Origin: Mobula birostris
Taxonomy: Eukaryota
Assembly (NCBI RefSeq): GCF_030028105.1
Contig: NC_092374.1
Location: 31,195,016 to 31,259,015 of the forward strand
Length of the DNA stretch: 64,000 nucleotides
Direction: 5' to 3'
Part shown: positions 11,091 to 24,531 of the stretch, piece by piece
Numbering within the stretch: the first letter of the stretch is position 1
How the letters are laid out: each line of letters starts with the position of its first letter
Translations under genes and position numbers: made by a program
Notes under the pieces: model-generated
Told to the model about the DNA's origin: nothing
Databases searched by the model: none
The model's input: the letters and a program-made list of their open reading frames with translations, nothing else

Positions 11091-13743
11091 GCCCCTTTCT
11101 CCTTCTGTCTTGTGCGCACGTGTGCATGCACACGCACACACACAGAATCAGACTTCAGTTTCCCATGTTACTCTTTCACTGTCGTCGTTTTGTTGCTTGT
11201 TGTTTTTGGGTTCTTGCGATCTGTGTTGTTCTATTGAACATTCTGGGCCTACAATGTTGGCTCTGGAATGTGTGGCGACATTTGTGGGCTGCCCCCAGCA
11301 CACCCTAGGTCGTGTTGGTTGTTCAAAGTAAACTTACTGTCAAAGTACATACAGTATATGTCACCATATACAACACAGTGATATGTTTTCTTGCAGGCAT
11401 GCACAGTGAATTCAAGAAACACAACAGAATGAATAAAAGATCTGGAAATGTTAACAAACTAAACATTTCAATGTATGCTTTGATGTACAGTACATGTGAT
11501 AAGTAAATCTAATCCTTGATAGAAGCTGGCTTCTTGGGTGCAATGATCCAGATGAAAGGCAACATTGTTTTTTTGTATTCAGTCTTGTAAATGATGAAGA
11601 TGATTTGGTTTCACTTGTAACTGTAGTGCTGTCACAACTGGTCGGTTGAACTTGTGGACATGGCAGATTGCAAATTCTTGTGATGGCAGGGGGTTTAAGG
11701 ATGGTGGCGCCTCTGAGGGTTGAGAGGAGATGGTTTTTATGATGGGTATTTATGATGCAAACACTAATTGTCACGAGACAACTCAGGTCTTGATAAAATC
11801 CAGATCCTGCTGCTGAGAGGCACAAGCTGTTTTCTTTTCAGGAAAGGTGTGAATGAAGATTAACGTTGATGGAAGCATGTACACCTTGGACAGAAAGTCA
11901 CCAGTAAGACAGCTAAAGATGAAATGCCCTGTGATGCCTTCTGGAAAGGATTTATTGGATTCCTGCAAGCACAGTTGTGTTTTTTTACATTGGCCATGAC
12001 TCTAGCAACTGGCCGAATCATGTCAGAGGATCACAGAACACATATGACACAGGAAGAGTCCATACAGTTTTCAAGTACAACAGTTGCTAATTCTGGACAG
12101 CAGAAATCTATTGGAAAACAAACAAAACTGCAGAGGCAGCTTTGAAAATTGTAAACCCTCCACGTTCCATCCAGTTAGGAGGAAGAGTCATGACCCAAAA
12201 TACTGACTTTTTTTTTAGCATCGCTGGTTTTTAGTGTGCATCATAAATCTATTGGAATACTTCTAAAAGGAATCAATATTCCTGCTACATCTGAACTGGT
12301 GTAATTGGTGATGGAAGACGGGGAGTATACAGTTAGTCAGGTGATGCACATTGTGGATATCAAGGCTGTAGCAGGGCGAAAGGGTATATCGACTTCCTTA
12401 AGTCCTTAGTGATTACTGACAGGAAACTCGAAAGGGAAATTTTTTGGCATTGATGATTAATTCTGATGCCAAAGATCATTCTTTAACATTTCCATGAGAT
12501 TGGATTTGCTTGTTTTTTCACTAGTTCACTTTCATTTCATTCAGATACTGTTCATCATCCAAAACATTTTCTTTAGAGGGTCCTTGATTGAAGTAAATTA
12601 TTGTCTTCCGCAGAGTATCAAATGAAGAATGAAGTGAAAACTGATTTTTAAAATTCTTCTTATAATCTTAATTCCCGATGTTAATAATTTGAACCCAATT
12701 TCTATAAGAATAAGCCTTCACCGTGTCCAGTGAGAGAAGCCGGATTCACAATCTTTCTAAGTGGGTTCATTCTTACAAATATTCTCATCACTTCCTGCCA
12801 AGAGTTTGACATTAGATTGGCAAAAACCTTGAAAAGTAACTTGATTTTTATTTCTGCTAATTCTTAGGGTATCTTCTTCTACTGCAGTTAGGCAGAAGAA
12901 AGAAAAGAGAACTATAGAATGACTGAAATCATTGCAAACCCAGTTAAGTACTTTGAGAGTTCTTCTCAGACAGTCCCTTGGGACAAAGGGTGACCCAAAT
13001 CCTGTCCATTTCTCTCTCTCAGCAGTGACTGATGAGCCACCATGGGAAAACTGTAGACTCTTCCATCAAATGAGGCAGGAAGTACCCAATAGGATATTGA
13101 CGGTTGGTCGTAGGTATGCTCCTTCCGTTTTCACAGGGCTGCTCCGAGCTCCCAGTGCATGGACTGGAAGATTTTGACACCGTTCTGAATGATTCTTCAC
13201 CACTTTGTGGGCTAAGGATTCCCACGAGGGGTATTGCATTTTCTCATGGAAATTCTGGGCACATTCTTGAACCTTTTCCTCTGTCCACCTAGTAATTTCT
13301 TCCCACGACAGAACTCAGAATAGAGTGTTTATTCCATTGCCTAGTGTTGGACATGTGAATGATGTGCCCAATATAGTCGATTGAACAAAACAGGAACTTT
13401 ATGATTGGGTGCTGGTGATGTTGGCCTGGAAGAGGATGCAGTTCTTAGTTTACTTATTCCAGAGAAAATGGAGGATTTTACAGAAATAATATTGTTGATA
13501 TCTTGAGGTGCCTGCTGTACTCCTGGTCTCAGAAGTATAAAAGAGGGCAAGCATCCTTGCTGCCCTGTGGACCATGAATTTTGTGGCAACTCTGAGCTCT
13601 CAATATCAATGCATTCGTTTCCACAATTGGCCAAAGACTGTTCTGCTACACTGAAGGAGACTGTGAATTTCATCACTGAGGTGAGCCTTCATCAGTGGAG
13701 ATTTCTGAGATGTGAGAAACTGTCCTCATTTTCACGTTCCCGG

Positions 13744-14850
13744 CTTCCGACTTAAGATGGCACTGGTGAAGCACGGTGATGACTTGAGGGCAGCAAACAA
13801 AACAAAAATCACTGTATTAATCATACACAAAATGCTGGAGAAATGCAGCAGGCCAGGCAGCATCAATGGAAAAAAGTACAGTCAGCATTTCAGGATGAGA
13901 CCCTTCATCAAACTCCCGTCGAAGGGATTTGGCCAAAAACACTAACTGTACTCTTTTTCCATAGACGTTGCCTGGCCTGCTGGGTTCCTCCAGCGTTTTG
14001 TGTGTGTTGCTTGGATTCCAGCATCTGCAGACTTTCTCGTGTTTGTATTAATCGCACTTTCTCTTGAATGTGGTCACTGCAATCAGCAGCCTGTAACTTT
14101 CCTTTTGGAGTTGAGCTGTTGAGTCACCTGTACCGCTTGGCATTTTTGTGGCGTGAACTGGAGTCTTGAAGGTGCAGGACAGTTGCAGTGTGGCATTCAT
14201 GGGCTGTACTGAGGTGAGTTGGCACAAGAGTGGGGAATGGGCCAATGCTTGGCCAATGCTGGAGCGGACATGGCAATTTGAAATGGCAGAACTGAGTCGA
14301 GGCGGGTGGAGGTGATGTTAGCGACGAGGCAGCATGGCTTGTGCCCAAGCCAGAGAATGAGGAAAGACCTGAGGGTTGATCGGTTTAAACGCTAGGTTTC
14401 ATTTGAGCTAAATTGAGGCGGCGGGGCCTGGGACCGAGAGCAGGAAGTGACTGAAGGTTTAGATGATTTAAGCATCAGGCTAGATTAAAAATGTCAGGGT
14501 GTCAGGGCTGGAGGCAAGGGATGGGTTCGTGCTCAGCTGTCTGCTCTGCAAGGTTTACTGATCTCTGTGTCGAACTGGGGCTATGACCTGCAACTAATGG
14601 GCACCTGAATCGGCAGCAGTGATACTGTGTCTGTGGACTCACTTTTGTGAACTTCAGTTCTGAATATTATTTGCTTGTTTTTATTGTTTGCATGATTTGT
14701 TTTTTTTTTCTGTCCTGCACATCGAGTGTTGCACAGTCTTCTTTTTTTAATTGGTTCTTTTGGGTCTCTTTGGTTTGTAGCTGCCTGTAAGGAGGCAAAT
14801 CTCAGGATAGCATACATACTTCGATAATAAATATACTTTGAACATGAACG
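13744..14850 (+). mobile_element. Non-coding LINE-derived element (AAGATGGC head plus Rex1-type 3' end)
   Basis: Starts cttccgacttaagatggcac and ends aatctcaggatagcatacatacttcgataataaatatactttgaacatgaac. No coding capacity. Confidence 0.55.
13823..14043 (+). mobile_element. Fold-back PLE mini-insertion (head-to-head pLTR ends) with 10-bp TSD
   Basis: TSD tgtattaatc at 13813-13822 and 14044-14053. Arms acacaaaatgctggag...gcagcaggccaggcagcatc and gacgttgcctggcctgctg...ctccagcgttttgtgt. Confidence 0.88.
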
Positions 14851-16276
14851 TGAGGTGCAATAGGAGCAAGTAAGGCCCATCCTCCTATGAGCTTGGAGGT
14901 TGGCACATTGTAGCTCTACTACTGAAGTTCGGTTGATCTCGGTTCAGGAGTGCAATTGCCTTATGTTGAATAGTTTTCTTTTTTTGCTGAAGATTAGTTC
15001 CACTTCTGTGACAAGCTTATTGAAGTGAAGTACAATATTGCAGTGAAAAAGAATGGGGTTGGGGCGATGACATAACCCTGTTTGATGCTGTTCTTCAGGA
15101 AAATAGTTCTATTGTAGATCCATTAGTGAAGATCATGACTTGTATGCCATCCTAGAGCCAATGTAAGATGGAGACAATTTTTTGTGGGCAGCTGATTTTG
15201 AAGGGGGCTTCCATTTGATGCATTGAAAATTTTAGTGAGGTTGAAGAAGGCCATGTACAGTGGATGGTGCAGCTCTTTTCATTTCTCCTGGTAAAATCCA
15301 TACAGAAATTTGGGGAACTTCTCTCTAGCCGCTGGGAGGAGGTGGGCGAGAAGGACTCTGGTGATGAATATCCCACAGGCAGACCCTACGGTTATCATAG
15401 TTGGAATGATCTCCTCTCTTGAAGATGGTGTGGATGCAGATATTGGCAGAAAGATTGAAGATTCATGACTGAACATCTTCTCTGCTGGGTTTCATGGTTT
15501 CAGCATGGTTATCTTCTGTTCCAGGTACCTTGCTATTTTCAGTCAGAATACCTGTACCATCCTTTTGACCTTGTCAGTCAGGCATGGCAACAAAGCTGGA
15601 TTGATTAAACTGCTGTGGGTTGGACTACAGGGTGCTTGCCTCAAGCACAGAGAGATGGTCAAGGAGAACTTTGAAGTCTTCCTGTCAGCAAGTATTGATT
15701 GCTTTACTGTTCTTGATAGGTTCACATCTCCTCTAGGCCTTAGTGAGGTGAAGCCTTGGGTGTCTGGGCTGCAGCGGATCTTGGCAGTGTTAACAACCCA
15801 TGAATGTCATGGCTGTTAGTGAGATCCTGGGCCTTTTTACTCCACTTACCATCTGAACCTTATGTTCCAAGTTTTCTGCTGGATCTTTGCCTTCACAGGC
15901 TTGTAAAACTGTCTCTCTTCCCTTGCGGAATAGTGAAGCATCCATACGGGGAATTTATTATACTTGTGAGTCATTGGCTTCACCATCCCCTAGTAAATTT
16001 CTCCAAAAAAAATGTACCTGGTTCCTCACAAATGGAATTTTTTTTCCAAAGATGTCAATTATGATGACCTCAGGGCAACCCTGAGTGGTGGGCGCTGTGC
16101 AGCTCCTGCTGACAGGCAGTTGAAAGGTCATCTGTGATGTGTTGTTTACCTCTGAGGGCTATTTGGGAGTGTTGACGTTAGCCATCTTGCAGCACAGTTT
16201 CTATGAGTGATGTTTTGCAGCTTGGTTGATAGAGATGATAGCTTAGGCAGTAGTCTGTCCAACAGACATCATTAAC

Positions 16277-16870
16277 GGTTCAAAGGACCATCTTATTATC
16301 AAAGTATGTATGCAGAATACAACTCTGAGATTCATCTTCTCCAGACAGCCATAAAATAAGGAAAAAGTATGGAAGTCATTGAAAGAAAATACATCAACCC
16401 CCCCCCGCATGAAAAAGAAACAAAACCTGCAAGCTCCAAACCCCCGAACCCTTTCCTTGTACAATAACTAACAGATTGCCCACCTAGACAAAGCAGCTAA
16501 AATATCAAACCCTGAGCCCCCTCCACACAAAAATAAAACAGTGACAATAACATCAAACCCCCAATCACTTGCTCGCACACAAAAATCTACAGGTCACTCC
16601 CATGGAAAAACACCAACACAAATATCAGACCCCAAATCCCCAACCCCTCACTCACCCAAAAAAGTAACATATCACCCACCCACAAATCTGTAACAAGAAA
16701 GAAAACACAGAAAACCAAAGGAGACCAATATAAACTACAGCCCACATCAATATTCACATGTGCCTTGGAATTTCAAAAATAGCCTTCATCAACATCGAGA
16801 ACGGCAGCTCGAACTCAGACCTTCAGTGGGACCTTCATCTGCTGAGATGCGGCCTCCCGACCTCTGTCCA
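16277..16870 (-). mobile_element. Rex1-type 3' end / non-autonomous element with degenerate internal tandem repeats
   Basis: ttattatcaaagtatgtatgcagaatacaactctgagattcat is the reverse of the shared 3' end. About four blocks begin a(c/t)atca(a/g)accc. Confidence 0.5.
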
Positions 16871-17100
16871 TTATGTTGAGGGCAAAGTGGTTAACCCTGC
16901 AGTTCTTTGCTCAGGTGTTGTATTATCTTAACAGGTGCTAGTGCTTGGATGGGGTGGGGAACTGCCACTGGATCTTCTGATTTGTTTATGTGACAAAACA
17001 GTGTTGTTCATAATGAGGCTCTGCTCCAAACACTTTGTCAGGAGAAGAACCCTTTCTGAGCTACCCTTTCCTAATCCTACATTCAAATTGCCCAGGAGCT

Positions 17101-18390
17101 GTGTACATACATCTATTGATGCTTCTGGACGCATCTTCAGTGATGTTCCTGGAATCATCGGGTGTTTCGGGTCTTTCAACATCATACAACCTCCTCCAGG
17201 TGACCCAGCCAGGGCTGATCAGACCCCAGCTTGTGTCCAGATGGCTAGCTACTTATGAGTCGATGGCTCCCCTCTTTGGAGCCACAGCCATCTTGAGGTC
17301 CTCTCTGCTGCATCAGTGGTACTGCGGATGGCTCTCCTCTTCCCCTCTCCCTCGATGCCCAAAATGCTGAAGGCTCTAACTAAAGAATGGGCTACGAATC
17401 CTCTACAACCAACCTCCACTGGGAGACACCTCGATCTCCATCCAGCCTGCTGACAGTTGCTGACCAGTTCTGCGTACTTGGAGAGCTTCCTTTCAAAGGC
17501 CTCTTCCAAGCTATCTTCCCATGGGACTGTCAGCTCCAGCAGCACCACTTGCTTAGTAGACTCAGACACGAGAACAATGTCTGGTCGCAGGGTGGTGGCT
17601 GCGATATGGTTGGGGAACTTCAGCTGCCCTTCGAGGTCCACCAACAGCTGCCAGTCCCTTGCAGAGGTCAGAATGCCTGCAGATGTCCTTTTGGCAGGTA
17701 TTGGCTGCTCCCCAGCTCTGACAAAGGCAATGGTCTGCTTGGAGGGTCGGGACCGCTTTGCCCACTCAACTCCTGCGCTGATGGCTTCAGCGATGGTCTT
17801 CAGGACCTGATCATGCCTCCACCTGTACCGTCCCTCACCAAGTGCCCTTGCACAGCCACTGAGGATGTGCTCCAGGGTTCCTCACTTGGAGCACAGTGGG
17901 CACGCAGATGACTCTGCGTTGCCCCATGTGTGCAGGTTTGATGGGCTTGGAAGCACATTGTACATACCTGGATGAGAAATTGGATGCGGTGTGGTTTGGC
18001 TTTCCAAAGATCAGCCTGGCGAAGGACCCTGATCTTCTTTCGTAGTATGCACATCAGCTGGGCCAAGCCAATGCGCTCCTCTTCTCCTGCCTCCTTGTAT
18101 TGGGACTTCAGTGCTTTCATCTCCTGCCTGATGTTGTGGATCCTCGATGCTCTTTGGTTCTTCAAGTAAGATGTTTTGGAGCCTTCCTTCTCCTCTTCTC
18201 CGAACCGTTCAGCTGCGATACTGACGATAATTGTTGTCATGGCTTGCAGCTTCCTATCAACCCCTCCCTTCGCCGTTGCCTCCAGAATCTGGTTAACATC
18301 TTCATCAAACTGCTTCCACAGTGAAGTCATGTTAGCTGCAGGCCATTTGATCCGCCTCCTGTTAGACTTCATGTTTGAGGGATTAGAATT
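17101..18390 (-). mobile_element. HERO-type (restriction-like endonuclease) non-LTR retrotransposon, internally deleted
   Basis: C-terminus LRPDIVLVSESTKQVVLLELTVPWE...KLSKY...PVEVGCRGF...RWLWL. Zn-knuckle CPLCSK*GTLEHILSGC then RYRWRHDQVL. N-terminal RRIKWP...W.QFDEDV block. No RT between. Confidence 0.85.
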
Positions 18391-18572
18391 AATTTGCAGA
18401 TTAGTTTTTGTAATACTGGGAATTGTGGAGATTATTTTTAGGCAACGTAACGAAACACCAATATAAATGTTCAGAAAATTTGCAATAGTGATGTTGGTTG
18501 AGAGCTCAACATTGGTCAGAATTCTGGGAGAACTCAGCTCCAGTTCTTCTCATAATTCGTGAGGATTAGTGA

Positions 18573-19207
18573 GGCGGGAGGAGAAGATGGCGGCGCGGCA
18601 CAGTGCGCGCAGCCTCTCCGGTGAAATAATATTGTATTTGTTAAACAGGGTACCGTGCACAATTCTGATTTGATGGAGACAGCCATGAGAAGCACAGAGG
18701 AACAGCTGGAGAAACTTCTGAAATGCCTGGTTCACTGCCGCTGCTAATGTGTGATGGAGAATCTCTGGAGGGAAGGCCCCAAAATCCCCAGCTTTGCCTG
18801 CTGCTGGTGGCCAGGGCTGGAATCAAAGCGCTCAGCGGAGATGGTGTTTGGTGCTCAGTGTCGGAGGGCTGGTCAGAGGCTCGAAGTTTTCGGATGACTC
18901 AGAGTTGGACTGTGGTCAGGCATGGCAGGGAGAGTTTTCTTCCTTCTCCTGTCTGCGTGAGATGTGGGACTTTCGAGAGACTTTGAACTTTTTTACCGTG
19001 CTCATGGCCTGTTCTTCATCAAGTTACGGTATTGCTTGCACTGTTGTAACTATATGTTATCATTATGTGTTTTTTTTTCAGTTTTTCAGTCTTGGTCTGT
19101 CCTGTGTTTCTGTGATATCACACCGGAGGAATATTGTATCATTTCTTAATGTATGCATTACTAAATGACAATAAAAGAGGACTGCGTGTCCTCATAATCT
19201 AATCTAA
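18573..19207 (+). mobile_element. Non-autonomous ~0.63 kb retroposon (GGGAGGAGAAGATGGCG family), copy 2
   Basis: Head ggcgggaggagaagatggcggcg; end aatgacaataaaagaggactgcgtgtcctcataatctaatctaa. Confidence 0.88.
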
Positions 19208-19479
19208 TTCCAGTTCACACCCATATAACGGCTAGAATAGAGCAGCAGTCTCCGAGTGCTAAGGTGGAATGCCCTCCCAGATGACATGCTCAAATTTCTG
19301 GAGTGAGGAGGAATTCATAACCTTCTGACCCTGTGGAAAAATGCCATCCATCTCCTTTCTGTCATCCTCCATCAGTCTCTCCTCATTTTCCCCAGGGAAA
19401 GTTTAAACTTTCATTCAAACAGACATAGGCTAATCAAGGACAATCAACACAGATTTGTTTTCTGGCTAACTGGCTAACA

Positions 19480-19940
19480 AAGCCGAGGAAAGAGGACCGG
19501 GTGGAGACAACAGAGACTTTTGGAGAAGAGGAGTTCGGTGGGTAATACCGCTCCAGCTGACCGGAAGTGCACCAAGAGCGGTAAGCGTAAATGAGTTTCG
19601 TGCTTACTGATCTGGTTAACAACGGATGGTGCAATCCGGGGTATATTATGATCGAGGAACGTGTTTGTAGACTGGATATTGAACTTTTTACTGTTGGACT
19701 TTGGCCACATTCCACCGTGATACAACACTGGCAGCACGGGAGGTCGTTCCTGCCTGTGGCCATCGAACATGCAGCTCCTCCCGTGGAGGGTCAGACACCC
19801 TGAGCCAATAGACTGGTCCTGGACTTATTTTCCTTCTGGCATAGTTTGCATTTTGTTGTTTGATTGTTTATGGTTTTTGTATTGCTATATTTACACTCTA
19901 TTCTTGGTTGGTGCGTCTGTAACGAAACCAAATTTCCCTG
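19480..19940 (+). mobile_element. Internally deleted Rex1-like LINE (endonuclease fragment joined to ORF end and 3' UTR)
   Basis: ORF 19591: VNNGWCNPGYIMIEERVCRLDIELFTVGLWPH (APE-region-like) runs directly into GRSFLPVAI (C-terminal motif), then a T-rich UTR. Confidence 0.55.
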
Positions 19941-21619
19941 AAGACTCCACAGACTGCAGAAGTTGGAATCTGGAGTGAAAATAAAACAGGTGAAAGAAGT
20001 CTATTTGAGAACGTAGCAAGTAGTATCGACAGGGACGGTGAGTTTGATGTGGCTATATAGATTTCAGAAAGGTTTTTGATGAAGCTCCACAAGACAGTAT
20101 TGTCAACAAACAAGTAAAAGTCCGTGGGATCCAAGGGAGAATTGTTGCCAAGGAACATAAAGTAATGACTGACAGTTGATTCTGTGACTGGAAGACTGTT
20201 ACCAGCGGGGTTCCACAGGGTTCAGTAAGTGTTACTTAGATAAGTATAAGGGCTTAGTAAAGAAACTTGCAGATGACGTAATAATGAAGTTGACAGTGAA
20301 GTGGAAAATTTTGGACTGCAGGAAGTTGTAGACAGTCCATTTTCAGAAAAATTGCTATCGGAATTTGCAATTGAAGAAAAGCTGCTGAAGGCTGCAAACT
20401 CAGCCAGATCCACTATGGGCACTAGCCTCCCCGGCACTGAGGACGTCCTCAAAAGGCAATGCTTCAGAAAAGCAGCATCCATTGTTAAGGATCCCCATCA
20501 CCCAAGACTTTCTGTCTTCTCATTGCTACCATCCTTCAAAGAGAAAATCATTTACCCCAGTATAGACTAGAACAAAAGAAATAATCCAGCAATTAGCTTT
20601 ACTATTTCAATTTGAGAGTCTTTTACGCTATTGAACAGATAAAGAGCAACATTCTCCTAACTGCACATCAGTGAAATATCACAGAGGCTCCATCCATTAG
20701 CCTGATCTGCTGCACCCTTCTAGCAGTGTACGTTACCATTTCACTCTCCCAGTTAAACTTTTCAATCATTGAAATGGCGACACTGTGAAACAGTAACAAA
20801 GAAAGCAGCCGTCCCCTGAAAACAGAGAGAAGTTTACAGACCATTCCCTGGGGAGGAGTTTCTACTGGTTTATAGAAACAATCAGCCACGTTAATTTTGA
20901 CGTGACTGGGGGCAAAAACAAACAGCTGAAGATCGGTTTAAAAATGTTGTTCAGGTGACGGTATTAGTTTTTGCTTAGAACTATATGCATGCGGATATAC
21001 AGGAAGCAGGCAAAAATTCCTCTGGAATTTGAAGTGGGATGATCAACTTTCTGAAGGGACTCTGATAAATACACAAATGAGAAAATGGCAAAAGGATGTG
21101 ATGTATCGTCATCGATAGATGCAACATTTTTGGAGGGCTTAAGTGGGTAGATGCTGGCTGGAACAGGTAGAAAATAGTAGAAGTGGTCAAGGATAATTGG
21201 TTCATGTAAATTTATCTTCTGCCAGAAGGCCATTCGGCCCATCCTGCCTGATCTGGTAAAAGTTTCTTTGTAATCAAAATAAACTATACATAATAAAAAA
21301 TTACAAGAATAAAGCATGCAATAACTTTTGTTCCTGATATTCATAGTCAATGCTTTCAGTAGTGTACTATTACATTCCTACATGTCAATAGCACCACTGC
21401 CTCTCATATAGTCCTCCAGTCAAAAAGAGCTACCTGGCCCAATACTACCTTCGAGTACTTGTTCTATAGCTCTGCAGGACACAGCTATTCAAGAGCACAT
21501 TAAAACACATTTAATTAATGAGAGTTTCTTTCTCTAACATACTTTCAGGTAGTGAATGATTACAGGAAGGATGTTTCCTTGACTAAGTAAACCAGAAGTA
21601 AAAGTTACAGGTCCTATAT

Positions 21620-23569
21620 AAAGTTTTATTGTTTTACAAAATTGAATCACAGTAGATTTAACTTGGCTTTTATTGAGACTAATCAACAGAAAAAGATTAT
21701 TTCGTGTCAAAGTGAAAACAGATCCCTACAAAGTGATCTAGGTTAATTAGAAGTAAAAAACACAAAATAATTGATTGCCTAAGTATTCACCCCCTTTAAT
21801 CTGGCTCAACAAATCATCACTATGCAGCCAGTTGGTTTTCGAAGTCACATCGTTAGTTAAACGGAGATCACCTGTGTGCAGTCAGGAATTTCAACTGATT
21901 GTAGTAAAACAGTGCCTGTATCTGAAAGGTCCAACAGCTGGTGAGTCAGTATCCTGGCAAAACCTACACCATGAAGAGAAAAGAACATGCCAAGCAACCC
22001 CATGAAAAGTGCAAATCTGGAGATGAATACAGTACAAGAAAGTTTCCAAGTCACTGAATATCCCTTGGAGTACAGTAAAGTCAATCATCAAGAAATGGAA
22101 AGAATATGACACAGCTGTAAATCTGCCTTGAGCAGGCTGTCCTTTAAAAACGGAGTGACTGTGCAAGAAAGGGACTAGTGAGGGAGGCCACCAAGAGATC
22201 TATGACAACTAAACGTGAAGTAGTTCATTTCGGTAGGTCAAATTTGAAGACAGAATATAATATTAATGGCAAGACCCTTGGCAGTGTGGAGGATCAAAGA
22301 GATCTTGGAGTCAATGTCCATAAAACACTCAAAGCTGCTATGCAGGTTGACAGTGTTAAGAAGGTGCACAGTGTGTTGGCCTTCATCAACCGTGGGATTG
22401 AGTTCAAGAACCGTGAGGTAATGTTAACTTAGTTAGACCCCACCTGGAGTACTGTGTTCAGTTCTGGTCACCTCATTACAGGAAGGATGTGGATACTATA
22501 GAGAGAGTGCAGAGGAGATTTACAAGGATGTTGCCTGGATTGGGCACGAGGGGACATAGTTTTAAGGTGTTTGGAAATGGGTACAAGGGGGATATCAGAG
22601 GTAACAGAGTGGTGGGTGTGTGGAATATGCTGCCAGTGAAGGTGATAGAGGTGGATACAATAGGGTCTTTTAAGAGATTCCTAGATAGGTACATGGAGCT
22701 TAGAAAAATAGAGCGCAATCCGGTAGGGGAATTCTAGGCAGCTTCTAGAGTAGGTTACATGGTCGGCAAAACATTGTGGGCCGAAGGACCTGTAATGTGC
22801 TGTAGATTTCTATGTTCTAACTCTGGAGGAGTTACAAGCTTCAGTGGCTGAAATGGGAGAGATTGCGCATTCAACAACTGTTGCCTGGGTGCTTCACTAG
22901 CCACTGCTTTATAGGAGAGTGGCAAAGAGAAAGCCACTATTGGGGGGGAAAAAACTAACATAAAATCTCAACTAGGTTTGCCAGAAGGCATGTGGGAGAC
23001 TCAGGAGTCAGCTGGAAGAAGGTTCTATGGTCTGATGAAACCAAAATTAAGCTTTTTGGCCATCAGACTAAATGCTATGTTTAGTGTAAGCCAAATACCA
23101 CACATCATCAAAAAACACACCATCCCTACTGTGAAGCATAGTGGTGGCTACATCATGTGCTTCACTGCAGCAGGCCCTGAAAGGCTTATGAGGGTAGAGG
23201 GTAAAATGAATGCAGCAAAATACAGGGAGATCTTGGAGGAAAACCTGATGCAGTTTTGCACCTGATGATCAGATGTGCAAAGCTGACAGAGGCCTATCCA
23301 CACAGACTTAAGGCTGTAATTGCTGCCAAAGCTGCATCTACTAAATACTGACCTGAAGGAGTTGAGTAATTATGCAATCATTTTTTTTGTGTTTAGGAAT
23401 TGTAATAAATTTAGTCCAATTTGTATAAATGTGTTTTCACTTTGACACAAAAGAGTCTGTACTGTTGATTGGTGTCAAAAAAGCCAAATAAAATTGGCTG
23501 TGATTCAATGTTGTAAAACAGTAAAGCATGAAAACTTCCAAGAGGAGTGAATACTTTTTATAGGCTCTG
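21620..23569 (+). mobile_element. Tc1 DNA transposon (Passport-like, IR/DR), decayed, left TIR eroded
   Basis: Colinear with 48749-51024. Right TIR ends gtgaatactttttataggctctg|TA. Transposase remnants ([14 protein letters not shown]...[16 protein letters not shown]). Confidence 0.88.
22211..22818 (+). mobile_element. CR1 3' fragment inserted in Tc1
   Basis: VVHFGRSN...RDLGV; PHLEYCVQFWSP; RRFTRMLPG. 4-bp duplication aact at 22207-22210 and 22819-22822. Confidence 0.88.
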
Positions 23570-23600
23570 TACATAAGGAATTTTAGGACCAAAATGAGGA

Positions 23601-24400
23601 ATCAGAATCAGGTTTCATATCACCAGCATATGTCATGAAATTTGTAAATTTTGCGGTAGCAGCATAATGATAATAGAGAGAAAAAACTAAATGTCAAAAA
23701 GTATAATATAAAATAGTTAAATAAGTCGTGCAATAGAAAAAAAAAAGTAGGGAGGTAGTGTCCATAGGTTCAATGTCCGTTCGGAAATCGGGTGGCAGAG
23801 GGGAAGAAGCTGTTTGTAAATTGCTGAGTGTGTGCCTTCAGGCTTCTGTACCTCCTTCCTGGTGGTAGCAATGAGAAGAGGGCATGTCCTGGGTTGTGGC
23901 GGTCCTTAATGATGGATGCCACCTTTCTGAAGCACTATTCCTTGAAGATGTCTTGGATACTATAGAGGCTAGGCCCATGATGGAGCTGACTAGTTTTACA
24001 ACTCTTGCTTCGATCCTGTGCAGTAGCCCTCAACCACACCCCTCCCTCCAATACCAGAGAGTGATGCAGCCAGAAGAATGCTCTCCACAGTACATCTGTG
24101 AGTGTTTTGGAGACTTAACAAATCTCCTCGAACGCCTGATGAGATATAGCCGCTGTATTGCCACCATTATAGCTGCATCAATATGTTGGATCTCGATTAG
24201 GTCCTCAGAAATATTGACTCTCAGGAACTTGAAATTGCTCACTCTTTCCACTTCTGATCCCCTTATGAGGACTGCTGTGTGTTCCTGTGCCTTACCCTTC
24301 CTGGAGTCCACAGTCAGTTCGTTTGTCCTACTGACGGTGAGTTGCTGCGACACCACTCAACTAGTTGGTATATCTCACTCTTGTATGCCCTCTCGTCACC
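23601..24400 (-). mobile_element. Rex1/Babar 3' part
   Basis: ORF 24030-24356 (VSRTNELTVDSRK...EVERVSNFKFL...QRLYLIRR). Tail reads atcagaatcagg on +. Confidence 0.82.
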
Positions 24401-24531
24401 AGCTAAGGAGAAATTTCTTCAGAGGATTGCCAACCTCTGGGATTTTCTGTCCCAATGAGTCACATTCAAAGAGGAAATGGGTGGAATTCTGGTAGGATAT
24501 GGGGCAGGGCAGTAGATGTGTGTGTTAACAC

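Larger units (their letters stand above)
12990..16250 (-). mobile_element. Old RTE-clade LINE, interrupted at ~13744-14850
   Basis: Minus strand ~15050-15090 reads IKQGYVIAPTPF (RT motif B-like). The 3' part at 13200-13700 parallels the RTE at 61023-62639. Confidence 0.65.

Noticed and set aside
11520-12010. ORF 11451-11825(-) as a host exon
   Set aside because: No recognisable domain; overlaps a short repeat; no supportable splice structure.
17160-17195. Hammerhead-like tgatg...gaaac in the HERO 3' UTR (minus strand)
   Set aside because: Lacks the CUGANGA core and an NUH site in the correct geometry.
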